64,000 bases of DNA from assembly GCA_041576015.1 (NCBI GenBank), contig JBFGLT010000001.1:5918-69917 (forward strand), written 5' to 3'. The notes under the pieces were generated by a model. The model did no database searches. It saw only the letters and a program-made list of their open reading frames with translations, and had not been told where the DNA came from. Of this stretch, positions 53,958 through 63,044 are shown in pieces. The translations under genes were made by a program, and so were the position numbers. How positions within the stretch are numbered: the first letter of the stretch is position 1; each line of letters starts with the position of its first letter. The stretch comes from Acidimicrobiales bacterium. Lineage in GTDB: Bacteria > Actinomycetota > Acidimicrobiia > Acidimicrobiales > SZUA-35.

Positions 53958-54626
53958 GTGCTACCGGGGAGAGGGCCGTGGTGGGAGGTCGTGACCACGC
54001 GCGGGACGGCGGCTTCGCTCCACGAACGGGCGCTTCCCGACCCCCCGAGACGATCGGCCTGGGTCCACGCCGTCACCGGTCCGGCGCTCGTGCTCGGATC
54101 CTCCCAGTCCGAACGCCAGGTGTCGACGTTCGATGTACGGCGTGACGGCATCGAGGTCTGCCGGCGACGCAGCGGTGGCGGTGCGGTCCTGGTGTCCCCC
54201 GGCGACACCTGGATCGACGTGCTCGTCGGACGGGACGATCCGCTCTGGAGCGACGATGTGACGGTCGCGTTCGGGTGGCTCGGTCAGGTCTGGCAGCGGA
54301 CCCTCGCTGCGGTCGGAATCGACGAGACCATCGTGCACTCGGGTCCGCTCCGGAACCGGCGGGCCGGCGGGGTGGTGTGTTTCGCCGGCACCGGTCCCGG
54401 CGAGGTCGTCGGTCCGGATCAGACGAAGCTGGTCGGGATGTCGCAGCGACGGACTCGCTCGATCGCTCGCTTCCAGACCATGGCTCCCTCGCGGCAGCCG
54501 CTGGCGGACACCCTGCGCTACCTCGAACCGGCGGCCGTCTCGGGGATCGACCCGGACACCGAGGTCGGCGTCACCGTCGATGCGGCTGTTTTGACCACCG
54601 CCTTTCTCGCCGAGCTCCACCGCTGA
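53958..54626 (+). CDS. Biotin/lipoate A/B protein ligase family (LplA/LipB-like) protein
   Basis: CRRRSGGGAVLV (RRxSGGGAV motif) and TKLVGMSQRRTR (conserved Lys-x-x-G-x-[AS]-Q). The start is uncertain (GTG at 53958 or 53991). The track ORF from 53670 runs through the mraZ operator. Confidence 0.55.
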   Translation: MLPGRGPWWEVVTTRGTAASLHERALPDPPRRSAWVHAVTGPALVLGSSQSERQVSTFDVRRDGIEVCRRRSGGGAVLVSPGDTWIDVLVGRDDPLWSDDVTVAFGWLGQVWQRTLAAVGIDETIVHSGPLRNRRAGGVVCFAGTGPGEVVGPDQTKLVGMSQRRTRSIARFQTMAPSRQPLADTLRYLEPAAVSGIDPDTEVGVTVDAAVLTTAFLAELHR

Positions 54627-54683
54627 CCGGCACAACAGGCCACCGACTTCTGCGAACTTGACCGCGCGGTCTAGTCTTGGGTC

Positions 54684-55931
54684 ATGCAGCCGACCTATCC
54701 ACCCGAAGCCGCCGTGTTCCGCGAAAAGGTCCAGGCGTTTCTCGCCGAACACCTCCCGACCGGCTGGGAAGGGATCGGGGCACTTACCGAGGACGAGGCG
54801 ACGGCCTTCAGCCTCGAGTGGCGGGAGACCCTGCGGGATCACCAGTTCCTGGCGCCCACCTGGCCAACCGAGTACGGCGGCGCCGGTTTGACCGCCCTGG
54901 AGTCGGTGATCCTGGCCGAGGAGTTCTCCAAGGCCGGAGTCCCGACGGGGGGTCCCAACGACGTCTTCGGCATTCAGATGGTCGGCAACACGATCCTCGA
55001 GTGGGGCACCGAGGAGCAGAAGCACTACTTCTTGCCCCGGATCATCGGCGGCGAGGACCTCTGGTGCCAGGGGTACTCGGAGCCCAATGCCGGATCCGAT
55101 CTCGGCAACCTCGGCTGCCGGGCGATGCTCGACGGTGACGAGTGGCTGATCAACGGTCAGAAGATCTGGACCTCGGCCGGTCACCTCGCCAACATGATCT
55201 TCGTCCTGGCCCGTACCGACACCGAGGCGGCCAAGCATCGCGGCATCACCTTCTTGTTGGTACCGATGGACCAACCCGGTGTCGAGGTCCGCCCGATCCG
55301 GATGATCTCCGGGCAGGCCGAGGTCAACGAGGTGTTCTTCTCCGATGCGCGCTGCCCGGCCGCCAACGTGGTCGGCGAGGTCAACGGCGGCTGGGGCGTC
55401 GCGATGACGCTGCTCGGCTACGAGCGGGGCGAGGCGGCGGCGACCACCCCGGTGGCGTTTCGGATCGAACTTGACCGTCTCCTCGAGCTGGCGCGCACCA
55501 GGGGCCGGGCCGACGAGCCGGCGATCCGGCAGCGGCTGGCATGGTGTCACTCCAAGGTCGAGATCATGCGGTATCTCGGCATGCGCACCCTGACCGACTT
55601 CCTCAGCGGCGCCCACCCCGGGCCGGAGGGATCGATCTTCAAGCTGTATTGGAGCGAGTACCACCGCACGGTCACAGAACTGGCGCTCGACATCCTGGGG
55701 GCCGATGCCCTCTCGATCGAGGGCAAGTTGCCCTCTTCGGCGTTCTCGACCGACACACCCGGCGCACCGAACGAGTCCGGGTCATGGATCGGTACCTTCT
55801 TGAACGCTCGAGCGGGAACGATCTACGCCGGCACGTCGGAGATCCAGCGAAACATCCTGGGCGAGATGGTCCTCGGACTTCCCAAGGAACCCCGGTCGGA
55901 CCGCGGTCCGTGGTCGGCGATCCCCAGGTAG
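54684..55931 (+). CDS. Acyl-CoA dehydrogenase family protein
   Basis: 415 aa with QGYSEPNAGSDLGNL and TIYAGTSEIQRNILGE. Confidence 0.9.
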   Translation: MQPTYPPEAAVFREKVQAFLAEHLPTGWEGIGALTEDEATAFSLEWRETLRDHQFLAPTWPTEYGGAGLTALESVILAEEFSKAGVPTGGPNDVFGIQMVGNTILEWGTEEQKHYFLPRIIGGEDLWCQGYSEPNAGSDLGNLGCRAMLDGDEWLINGQKIWTSAGHLANMIFVLARTDTEAAKHRGITFLLVPMDQPGVEVRPIRMISGQAEVNEVFFSDARCPAANVVGEVNGGWGVAMTLLGYERGEAAATTPVAFRIELDRLLELARTRGRADEPAIRQRLAWCHSKVEIMRYLGMRTLTDFLSGAHPGPEGSIFKLYWSEYHRTVTELALDILGADALSIEGKLPSSAFSTDTPGAPNESGSWIGTFLNARAGTIYAGTSEIQRNILGEMVLGLPKEPRSDRGPWSAIPR

Positions 55932-55935
55932 GGCG

Positions 55936-56193
55936 ATGCTCCTCACGCCGAGCATGGTGCTCGCCGTCGCCCGTCGACCCCACCTGTGGTCGACAGCGGC
56001 TCGCGCCTACCGATCGATGGTCCCCGATCGGTGGTGGTCCCGGCGGCCGTACCTGCCGGTCCCCGACCGCGACTGGATGCGCTTCCGCCTCGTGACCGCC
56101 TACGGCGGGACCGGCGACGCCCCGCCGGGGTCTGAGGACGACCTCCTAGCATGGCTGGCGTGGATGCAGGACACCTCGTTCACGCTCCGGTGA
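55936..56193 (+). CDS. Hypothetical small protein (85 aa, Trp/Arg-rich)
   Basis: It starts 5 nt after the ACAD stop and ends 5 nt before the methyltransferase start, which suggests translational coupling. I recognise no motif. Confidence 0.4.
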   Translation: MLLTPSMVLAVARRPHLWSTAARAYRSMVPDRWWSRRPYLPVPDRDWMRFRLVTAYGGTGDAPPGSEDDLLAWLAWMQDTSFTLR

Positions 56194-56197
56194 GCGA

Positions 56198-56746
56198 ATG
56201 AGCGCCGATGATCGGCGCCACTGGGACGCCCGGCATGCGGCGGCCGCCGATCTCGCCTGGCCGAACCCGTCGGCTCCGAGGGAGCTGGCCGACCGGGAGG
56301 ATCTGTTCCCGTGCCACGGGTTCGCCATCGAGCTGGCGTGCGGACGGGGTGGTGCATCGGTATGGCTGGCGCTGCGCGGTATGCAGGTGTTCGGCGTCGA
56401 CGTGTCGCCGGTGGCGATCGAGGCGGCGGTCCAACTCGCCGAGGAGTACGAGGTCGGTTATCGGTGCCGGTTCGAAGTCGTCGACCTCGACGCCGGCCTG
56501 CCCGACACGCCGAAAGCCGATCTCGTCCTCAGCCACATGTTCCGCGACCCGCAGCTGGACGCTGCCCTCGTCGAGCGCCTCAAACCCAACGCCGTCCTGG
56601 CCGTCGCCTGCCTGAGCGAGGTGGATCACGGGCCCGGCCGGTACCGGGCACCGGCAGGTGATCTGCGACGCGCCTTCGCGACGCTGGACATCCTCGACTT
56701 CGCCGAGGGGGACGGGCAGGCCCGCATCATCGCCCGCCGGTCGTAA
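56198..56746 (+). CDS. Class I SAM-dependent methyltransferase
   Basis: AIELACGRGGASVWLA (motif I), VFGVDVSP and a post-I acidic residue. 182 aa. Confidence 0.75.
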   Translation: MSADDRRHWDARHAAAADLAWPNPSAPRELADREDLFPCHGFAIELACGRGGASVWLALRGMQVFGVDVSPVAIEAAVQLAEEYEVGYRCRFEVVDLDAGLPDTPKADLVLSHMFRDPQLDAALVERLKPNAVLAVACLSEVDHGPGRYRAPAGDLRRAFATLDILDFAEGDGQARIIARRS

Positions 56747-56754
56747 CCGGGAGG

Positions 56755-57657
56755 TCAGAACGCCCTGGGCAGCCGGCCCAGGTGACGCAGCACGACGGCG
56801 GCGGCACCGACCAGAGGCCCGTCGTCCCCGAGTCCGGCCGGCAGGATTCGGGCACCACGGCTGTAATCGAGCGTGCAGAGCCGGTCGATCTCGGCCTGGG
56901 CCGAGCTGAAGAACGGTTCGCCGTAGCCGAGGGCGACCGAACCGGCCACGACGGCCAGCCGCAGATCGAGCAGGTTGGCGACCGACGCCACCGCCCGTCC
57001 CACCAGCACACCGGTGCGGCGAATCTCGACGGTGCTGGCGTTGACGGCCGGGCTGCCGATTCGGGAGGCGATACCGACTCCGGAGGCCTCGGACTCGAGC
57101 AGACCGGGGACATGATTCGGCGGAGCGTCCGATGTGTCGCCACAGACGAACACGTGACCGATGTGCCCGGCGTTGCCGGTGGCGCCGTCGAGGAGGCGGC
57201 CATTGAGCACGATGCCACCGCCCACCCCCGTGCTCACGACCATGGCGACGTAGCTGTCGAACCCGATCGCAGCGCCCCGCCAGCCCTCGGCCAAGGCCAG
57301 TGCCTTCGCGTCGTTGTCGACTGCGACGGTGAGGCCGGTGTGCCTGGTGAGTCGCTCCACCAGCGGAAACCGCCGCCAGGCCGGAATGTTGACAGGCGAT
57401 ACATGGACGCGCCCGCGATCCATCGGGCCGGCACAGCCGACGCCGAGACCCTGGAAGCGCTCGAATGGCCGCAAGCGGTCGAGGAGCTCGGTGACAGCGA
57501 GGAACACTTCGTCGGGTTCGGAGGTCGGGGGAGTCGTCGCCAGCACTCGCCGCTGGACACGGCCTGCGGCGGAGACCTCGGCCGCCGCCAGCTTGGTGGC
57601 GCCCACATCGAGGGCCAGGAGAGGTGACTCCTGGGGCGGTTCGACATCGGCGAGCAT
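56755..57657 (-). CDS. ROK-family sugar kinase (glucokinase-like)
   Basis: ATG at 57657. LALDVGATKLAAA (ATP-binding motif), GNAGHIGHVFV (ROK signature) and LESEASGVG. Confidence 0.85.
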   Translation of the reverse strand: MLADVEPPQESPLLALDVGATKLAAAEVSAAGRVQRRVLATTPPTSEPDEVFLAVTELLDRLRPFERFQGLGVGCAGPMDRGRVHVSPVNIPAWRRFPLVERLTRHTGLTVAVDNDAKALALAEGWRGAAIGFDSYVAMVVSTGVGGGIVLNGRLLDGATGNAGHIGHVFVCGDTSDAPPNHVPGLLESEASGVGIASRIGSPAVNASTVEIRRTGVLVGRAVASVANLLDLRLAVVAGSVALGYGEPFFSSAQAEIDRLCTLDYSRGARILPAGLGDDGPLVGAAAVVLRHLGRLPRAF

Positions 57658-57719
57658 GGTCGCCAAGTTAGTCTCTCCGCTACCCTGAGCCGGCGAGCGG
57701 CGGCAGCCGGAAGGAACCC

Positions 57720-58748
57720 ATGACCACCACATCGGCATCTCAAGAAGCGGCCCTCTCGTCGGTGCGGACGCCGCGGGTCCTGCCCGCTCTCGACGAAAGC
57801 GCCCTGGGCAGGTTCGTCGCCGCCTTCGATGCCATCGCTGCCAACATCGAGCTGGTCGTCCAGGGAAAGCCCATCGTGGTCCGCCAGGCGCTGCTGTGCC
57901 TGCTGGCCGAGGGACACCTCCTCGTCGAGGACGTTCCCGGCGTCGGAAAGACGACGGTCGCCAAGGCTCTCGCCCAGTCGATCGAGGCGGCCTGGGGGCG
58001 GATCCAGTTCACCCCCGACCTGTTGCCGGCCGACGTGATGGGCATCAGCGTGTGGAACCGTGACGCCAACGATTTCCAGTTCCGCCGCGGCCCGGTCTTC
58101 AACAACATCGTCCTCGCCGACGAAATCAACCGCGCCTCCCCCAAGACGCAATCGGCACTGCTCGAGGCCATGGCCGAGGAGCAGGTGACCGTCGACGGCC
58201 ACACCTACCGGTTGCCCAGGCCCTTCATGGTCGTGGCCACGCAGAATCCGGTCGAATCCGAAGGCACGTACCCGCTCCCAGAGAGTCAGCTCGATCGATT
58301 CCTGATGCGGATCTCGGTCGGATACCCCCGCCGCCAGGACGAACTCTCGATCCTGGAGACCCACGAGCAGCGGCATCTGGTCGACGAGCTCGAACCGGTG
58401 GCGAGCGCACATGACGTCAAGACGATGATCGGTCTGGTGAAAGCGGTGCGCATCGCCCCGGAGTTGCGCGCCTACCTTGTCGATCTGGCCGAGGCGTCGC
58501 GGAACCACCCCTCGATCGAGCTCGGAATGTCGCCCCGGGCGACGCTCAGTCTGCAGCAGGTCAGCCGTGCCCATGCGCTTGCGTCCCAGCGGACCTTCGT
58601 CACCGACGACGATGTCAAGGCGGTTGCCGCCTCGGTGATCAGCCACCGTCTGGTGCTCCGGCCCGAGGCCCAACTCCAAGGTCTCGAGGCCGACAAGATC
58701 GTGGCCGACCTCCTCGATGCCGTGCCCGTGCCGTACGATCGAATGTGA
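57720..58748 (+). CDS. MoxR-family AAA+ ATPase
   Basis: HLLVEDVPGVGKTTVAKAL (Walker A), VLADEINRASPKTQSALLEAMAE (Walker B/sensor) and FMVVATQNPVE. SD GGAAGGA lies upstream. Confidence 0.92.
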   Translation: MTTTSASQEAALSSVRTPRVLPALDESALGRFVAAFDAIAANIELVVQGKPIVVRQALLCLLAEGHLLVEDVPGVGKTTVAKALAQSIEAAWGRIQFTPDLLPADVMGISVWNRDANDFQFRRGPVFNNIVLADEINRASPKTQSALLEAMAEEQVTVDGHTYRLPRPFMVVATQNPVESEGTYPLPESQLDRFLMRISVGYPRRQDELSILETHEQRHLVDELEPVASAHDVKTMIGLVKAVRIAPELRAYLVDLAEASRNHPSIELGMSPRATLSLQQVSRAHALASQRTFVTDDDVKAVAASVISHRLVLRPEAQLQGLEADKIVADLLDAVPVPYDRM

Positions 58749-59944
58749 TGCGCCCGACCCGAGCGAGCCTGGCCCTCGCCGTCGCCGGGGGCTCGATGGT
58801 CGCTCTCGGTCGAGCACTCGGCACCATCGAGCTGTACTACCTCGGAGCGATGGCCGGGGCAGCGATCATCTTGGCGGTGCTGTATGCGGCATCGGTCCAG
58901 CTCGACCTCGAGATCGCCAGGCGGGCAGCCCCCGTGCGGCTCCGGGCCGGCCAGCCCGCCCGGATCGACCTCGAGCTCACCAACACCGCGCGGCGGAGCA
59001 CGCCGGTGCTTCGCGTCACCGATCACGTGAGCGGCAGCAGCGGGGCGCGCGTGTCGCTGGCCGGCATCGGCGGCCGAGACCGGGCCACGATCGCCTACCA
59101 GTTGCCGACGAGAACGCGGGGCCTGCTCGAAGTCGGCCCGCTGGACCTCTCCTTCGGCGACCCGCTGGCGCTCACCACCTCGACAGTCAGAGCGTCAGCC
59201 GCCTCGAGGCTGCTCGTTCACGCTCCCCTTCTACCCTTCGCCCCGCTCCGGGGCAGGGTCGGGCAGGAGCAGATCGGAGAACTCCGCAAGGATCGGACGC
59301 TGCGCTTTGGCGGAGACGAGTTCTATGCACTCCGCCCCTATGTGATCGGTGACGAACTCCGCCGGGTGAACTGGCGGGCGACGGCCCGCACCGACGAGCT
59401 GATGGTCAGGACCGACGAACAGCCGCGCACCGCCCGCACGACGATCGTGCTCGACCGCCGGTCGGCAGCCTACAGCCCCGACGGCTTCGAACGGGCCGTC
59501 TCCGCCGCCCTGAGTGCGCTCTACGCCGGCTGGAATCCGAACGACCTGCTTCGGCTGATGACGACCGAACCAACGGTGGTGACCGACATCCACAGCGTCG
59601 ACGAACTCGAACTGGTCGACGACCGATTCGCCACCATCCGATGGTCGGGTGGGGGTTCGACCACGACCGACCCTGACGGCTCGTCGCTGATCGCAGCGTT
59701 GCGCGATCTCACCAGACGCAGCCGGGGCGGCACCCTGATCATCGTCACCGGGGCCCCGGAAGTCGATCTGGCGCCGGCCTTGATCGGGCTGGGACGGCGG
59801 TACCGCCGGGTGGTGGCCATCACCTGCGAGCCCACACCGGTCACCGGAATCCCCGGCCACATTCGACACGACGGCGTCTCCGATCCTGTGTCCCAGTGGC
59901 GGGAGGTCCTGGTGAAGCCCGCCATGAAGGCGGTTGGATCATGA
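58745..59944 (+). CDS. DUF58-domain protein (vWA-like partner of MoxR)
   Basis: N-terminal TM hairpin and the FYALRPYVIGDELRRVNWRATARTDELMVR motif typical of DUF58. Overlaps the MoxR stop. Confidence 0.85.
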   Translation: MMRPTRASLALAVAGGSMVALGRALGTIELYYLGAMAGAAIILAVLYAASVQLDLEIARRAAPVRLRAGQPARIDLELTNTARRSTPVLRVTDHVSGSSGARVSLAGIGGRDRATIAYQLPTRTRGLLEVGPLDLSFGDPLALTTSTVRASAASRLLVHAPLLPFAPLRGRVGQEQIGELRKDRTLRFGGDEFYALRPYVIGDELRRVNWRATARTDELMVRTDEQPRTARTTIVLDRRSAAYSPDGFERAVSAALSALYAGWNPNDLLRLMTTEPTVVTDIHSVDELELVDDRFATIRWSGGGSTTTDPDGSSLIAALRDLTRRSRGGTLIIVTGAPEVDLAPALIGLGRRYRRVVAITCEPTPVTGIPGHIRHDGVSDPVSQWREVLVKPAMKAVGS

Positions 59945-62331
59945 GCGACGCCAGCCACCTGGCGCCGGCGACGACGGGACCGGCGCTCGGCAACGAACTG
60001 GCCGCCCTCCTGCTGGTGCCAGCGGCAGCGGTCGGGTTCATCCGGGTGTTCGAAGAGCCTTCGGCATCACTTCCGGTGATCGCCGCCGCCCTGTTGTCGT
60101 CGCTGGTGGCGGTGACGTTGCGCCGCCTGCGGATCCCGCTCCCCATCGCCGCGGTGCTGTCGCTGCTGTTGTTGGCGATCACCCTGGTCAACGCGTTGGC
60201 GCCCGGCACCACGGACTACGGCGTCGTGCCGACCGAGGAGACCTGGACATCGTTCAGCGCCGTCGCCGACGAAGCGCTCGAGCAATTCCGCAGCAAACGA
60301 GCACCCGTCGAGGCCCTCGATGGGTTCCTCGCCGCCGGCGCCGCCGGGGCATGGATCGCCGCCTTCATCGTCGACTGGGCGGCTCTCCGTCTCCGGCTAG
60401 CCTTCGAGCCGGTGCTCCCCGCCGGGTTGCTGTTCATCTTCACATCGGTGACCGGCAGCGGAGACCATCGGATCGCCTCGACGGCCGTGTTCGCCGGCGC
60501 CATCGGGCTGTGGGCAGTGGCTCACCGTCTGAGTCGGGAACGGCGCGACCTGTGGCTCACCTCCGATCGGCGAAGGGGACCGAGCCGGCAGGCGGCCGGC
60601 ACCGCAGCGCTCAGTGCGACCGCCCTGGCCATCGGCCTCGTCGCCGGTCCGCTCCTCCCCGGCGCCGGTGAGAGGGAGCTGTTCGACTGGCGGAACAGCG
60701 GAGACCCGACCCGAGTGGTGGTCACACCCTTTGTCAACATCGGGGCCCGGCTGGTCAACCAGCGCGACGTCGAGTTGTTCAAGGTGCGCACAGATCGGCC
60801 GGCCTACTACCGTCTCGCCGGCCTGGAGACCGTCGAGGACGGAGTTTGGCTGGCCCGCGCCCAGCAGTCGGTCGAGGAGGATGGCCGGCTGCCCGGTCGC
60901 CGCCCCTCGGCGGGGGCGACGGCGGTCGTCCGGCAGGACTTCGAGATCCAGGCTCTGAGCGGCGAGTGGCTGCCCGCCGCCTACGCGCCGTCGGAGATCA
61001 TCGAGTCGGACGCCCCATTCAGCTGGATCGCCGACACGGGATCGCTGATCATCGACGACTCCCGTTCGACGGTCGACGGAGCCGTCTACTCGATCGCATC
61101 GATCGTGCCCGTCTACACAGCCGACGAGTTGCGTTCGGCGTCGACCCGGGTGCCCGATTCGATCGCCCGTCGCTATCTCGGTCTGCCCGAGGAACTCACG
61201 CCCGCCGTCGCCACGACCGCCCGGGAGGTCACCGCAGGAGCCGAGACACGCTATGACCAGTTGCTTGCGCTGCAGAGCTACTTCCGCGAATTCCGCTATT
61301 CGGTGAACCTCTCGCCACGCACCGGCGACCCCACCGAGCAGTTCCTGGAGGAACGAGTCGGGTTCTGCCAGCAGTTCTCCGGAACCTTTGCGTTGATGGC
61401 CCGCACCCTGGGCATTCCGTCCCGTGTGGCGGTCGGTTTCACCTGGGGTCAGCCGCTCGCAGGCGAGCCCAACACCTACCAGATCACCGGACGACACACC
61501 CATGCCTGGCCCGAGGTCTACTTCGACGATCTCGGCTGGGTCGCCTTCGAGCCCACCCCGCAACGGGGCGCTCCCTCGGCCGAATCGTATACCGGTATCC
61601 CCGCTGACCAGGACGATCCGGTCCAGCCCGACAACCCGTTCGCCACCACGACGACCACCCTCGCGCCCTCGACCGACGGGGCAGCGCCGGGCACCCTGTT
61701 GCCCGAGTTCGACGAGCCGGTCGGCGAGGGCGCCGGATCGGCCGGATCCGGGGGGACGTCGGGGGGCCTCGACCGACGGGTGCTGATCGTGGTGGCAGCG
61801 GTGGCGGCCGCCGTCCTCGGGTTGCCGTTGATCCAGCGGGTTCGCCGGGACCGCCGTCGCCGGCACGCAGTCACCCCGGCCGAGCGGGTCGACTCGAGCT
61901 GGGCCGACGTCGTCGAAGCCCTCGAACGCCAGCGGGGAATCCTCCGAGCGCCGTCGGAGACCCGCGCGTCGTTCTGTGGAAGGCTGGCAACTCAGCGCGA
62001 CTTCGCCTCCTACCCGTTCGAACAGCTCGGCGCCATCGCCACGACCGCACGGTTTGCGCCGCGACTGGTGACCGACGCCGAGGCAGCTTCCGCCGAGGCA
62101 GCCGCCGATCGGATTCTCGCTGGTTTGGCGCAGGAGCAGTCGCTGTTCCGGCGGTGGTGGGCTGACGCTGATCCACGAAGGCTCCTGCGCCCGACCAGCC
62201 GGGTGCGGACCCCGGCCGGGCGCCCGCCAGTCGATCCGCCCGCGGTGGAGGGTAATGGATCCGCCCGCGTTGCCGATTGGGAAAAGGTGCGCGAGACTAA
62301 GGACTTCACGGGTACGGGTTCGGAGAGGTAA
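59941..62331 (+). CDS. Transglutaminase-domain polytopic membrane protein
   Basis: ATG at 59941 overlaps the DUF58 stop (ATGA). Six or more N-terminal TM segments, then the core FCQQFSGTFALMARTLGIPSRVAVGF (Cys) and HAWPEVYFDDLGWVAFEPT (His/Asp). A low-complexity linker, a further TM and a C-terminal cytoplasmic domain follow. Confidence 0.88.
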   Translation: MSDASHLAPATTGPALGNELAALLLVPAAAVGFIRVFEEPSASLPVIAAALLSSLVAVTLRRLRIPLPIAAVLSLLLLAITLVNALAPGTTDYGVVPTEETWTSFSAVADEALEQFRSKRAPVEALDGFLAAGAAGAWIAAFIVDWAALRLRLAFEPVLPAGLLFIFTSVTGSGDHRIASTAVFAGAIGLWAVAHRLSRERRDLWLTSDRRRGPSRQAAGTAALSATALAIGLVAGPLLPGAGERELFDWRNSGDPTRVVVTPFVNIGARLVNQRDVELFKVRTDRPAYYRLAGLETVEDGVWLARAQQSVEEDGRLPGRRPSAGATAVVRQDFEIQALSGEWLPAAYAPSEIIESDAPFSWIADTGSLIIDDSRSTVDGAVYSIASIVPVYTADELRSASTRVPDSIARRYLGLPEELTPAVATTAREVTAGAETRYDQLLALQSYFREFRYSVNLSPRTGDPTEQFLEERVGFCQQFSGTFALMARTLGIPSRVAVGFTWGQPLAGEPNTYQITGRHTHAWPEVYFDDLGWVAFEPTPQRGAPSAESYTGIPADQDDPVQPDNPFATTTTTLAPSTDGAAPGTLLPEFDEPVGEGAGSAGSGGTSGGLDRRVLIVVAAVAAAVLGLPLIQRVRRDRRRRHAVTPAERVDSSWADVVEALERQRGILRAPSETRASFCGRLATQRDFASYPFEQLGAIATTARFAPRLVTDAEAASAEAAADRILAGLAQEQSLFRRWWADADPRRLLRPTSRVRTPAGRPPVDPPAVEGNGSARVADWEKVRETKDFTGTGSER

Positions 62332-62337
62332 GCGTTC

Positions 62338-62688
62338 ATGCCGCTTTCTGAAAATGAGCAGAACATTCTCGACGAGATCGAGCGTCACCTTCATCAGACC
62401 GACCCCGATCTCGTGCGGGAGGTCGGCCAGGCCACCGTCTACGGCCACGCCCTCTCTTCGCTGCGGTGGTCGGTCGCCGGTGTGATCGCCGGGCTGGTCA
62501 TCATGCTCGGCACCCTGCAGATCCACTTCCTCGTGGCCTTCGCCGGATTTGCTCTGATGCTGATCAGTGGAATGGGCCTGGAGCGCAATTTCCGCATGAT
62601 GGGCCGAGCCGGACTCAACCAGGTGTCGTCGGCCATCCGAGCCAACACGCAGCAGAACGAAAACCAGCGGGATCTCTCTGAGGACTGA
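62338..62688 (+). CDS. DUF3040-family membrane protein
   Basis: MPLSENEQNILDEIERHL N-terminus followed by two TM segments. Confidence 0.8.
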   Translation: MPLSENEQNILDEIERHLHQTDPDLVREVGQATVYGHALSSLRWSVAGVIAGLVIMLGTLQIHFLVAFAGFALMLISGMGLERNFRMMGRAGLNQVSSAIRANTQQNENQRDLSED

Positions 62689-62714
62689 CCCCTCGGCAGG
62701 GGTGTCCCGGGCCC

Positions 62715-63044
62715 ATGGCTGAACATGGCGACGTCGAACCGCGCGACAACCCTGACGGCGACCTGCTCCCTTTCGCCGGACTGTCGATCCCCCAACCTCT
62801 CGACACCGAACCGCCACCCACGGCTCGCTGGTTGGCCTTCGCAGGCATCCTGGTCGGAGGACTCCTCGGCGGGCTGATCGGGTTCGGCACCGCCGACCTC
62901 CTCGGAGCCGAGCGCTGGATCTCGGCGCTAGCCGGCGTACTGTTCGCCGCCGGCGGAGCGACCGGTGTCGGCATCGTCGCCCAGCTCACCCTCCGCGCCA
63001 TGAACGAATGGCGGGCGGTTCACCACCCCGAGGACGATCGATGA
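62715..63044 (+). CDS. Hypothetical small membrane protein (2 TM)
   Basis: 109 aa with two Gly/Ala-rich hydrophobic segments. Its stop overlaps the next start (ATGA). Confidence 0.5.
   Translation: MAEHGDVEPRDNPDGDLLPFAGLSIPQPLDTEPPPTARWLAFAGILVGGLLGGLIGFGTADLLGAERWISALAGVLFAAGGATGVGIVAQLTLRAMNEWRAVHHPEDDR

Noticed and set aside
60397-62817. 806-aa minus-strand ORF
   Set aside because: It is antisense to the transglutaminase and DUF3040 genes. It is low-complexity and Arg/Gly/Pro-rich with no motif, which marks it as a GC-rich frame artefact.
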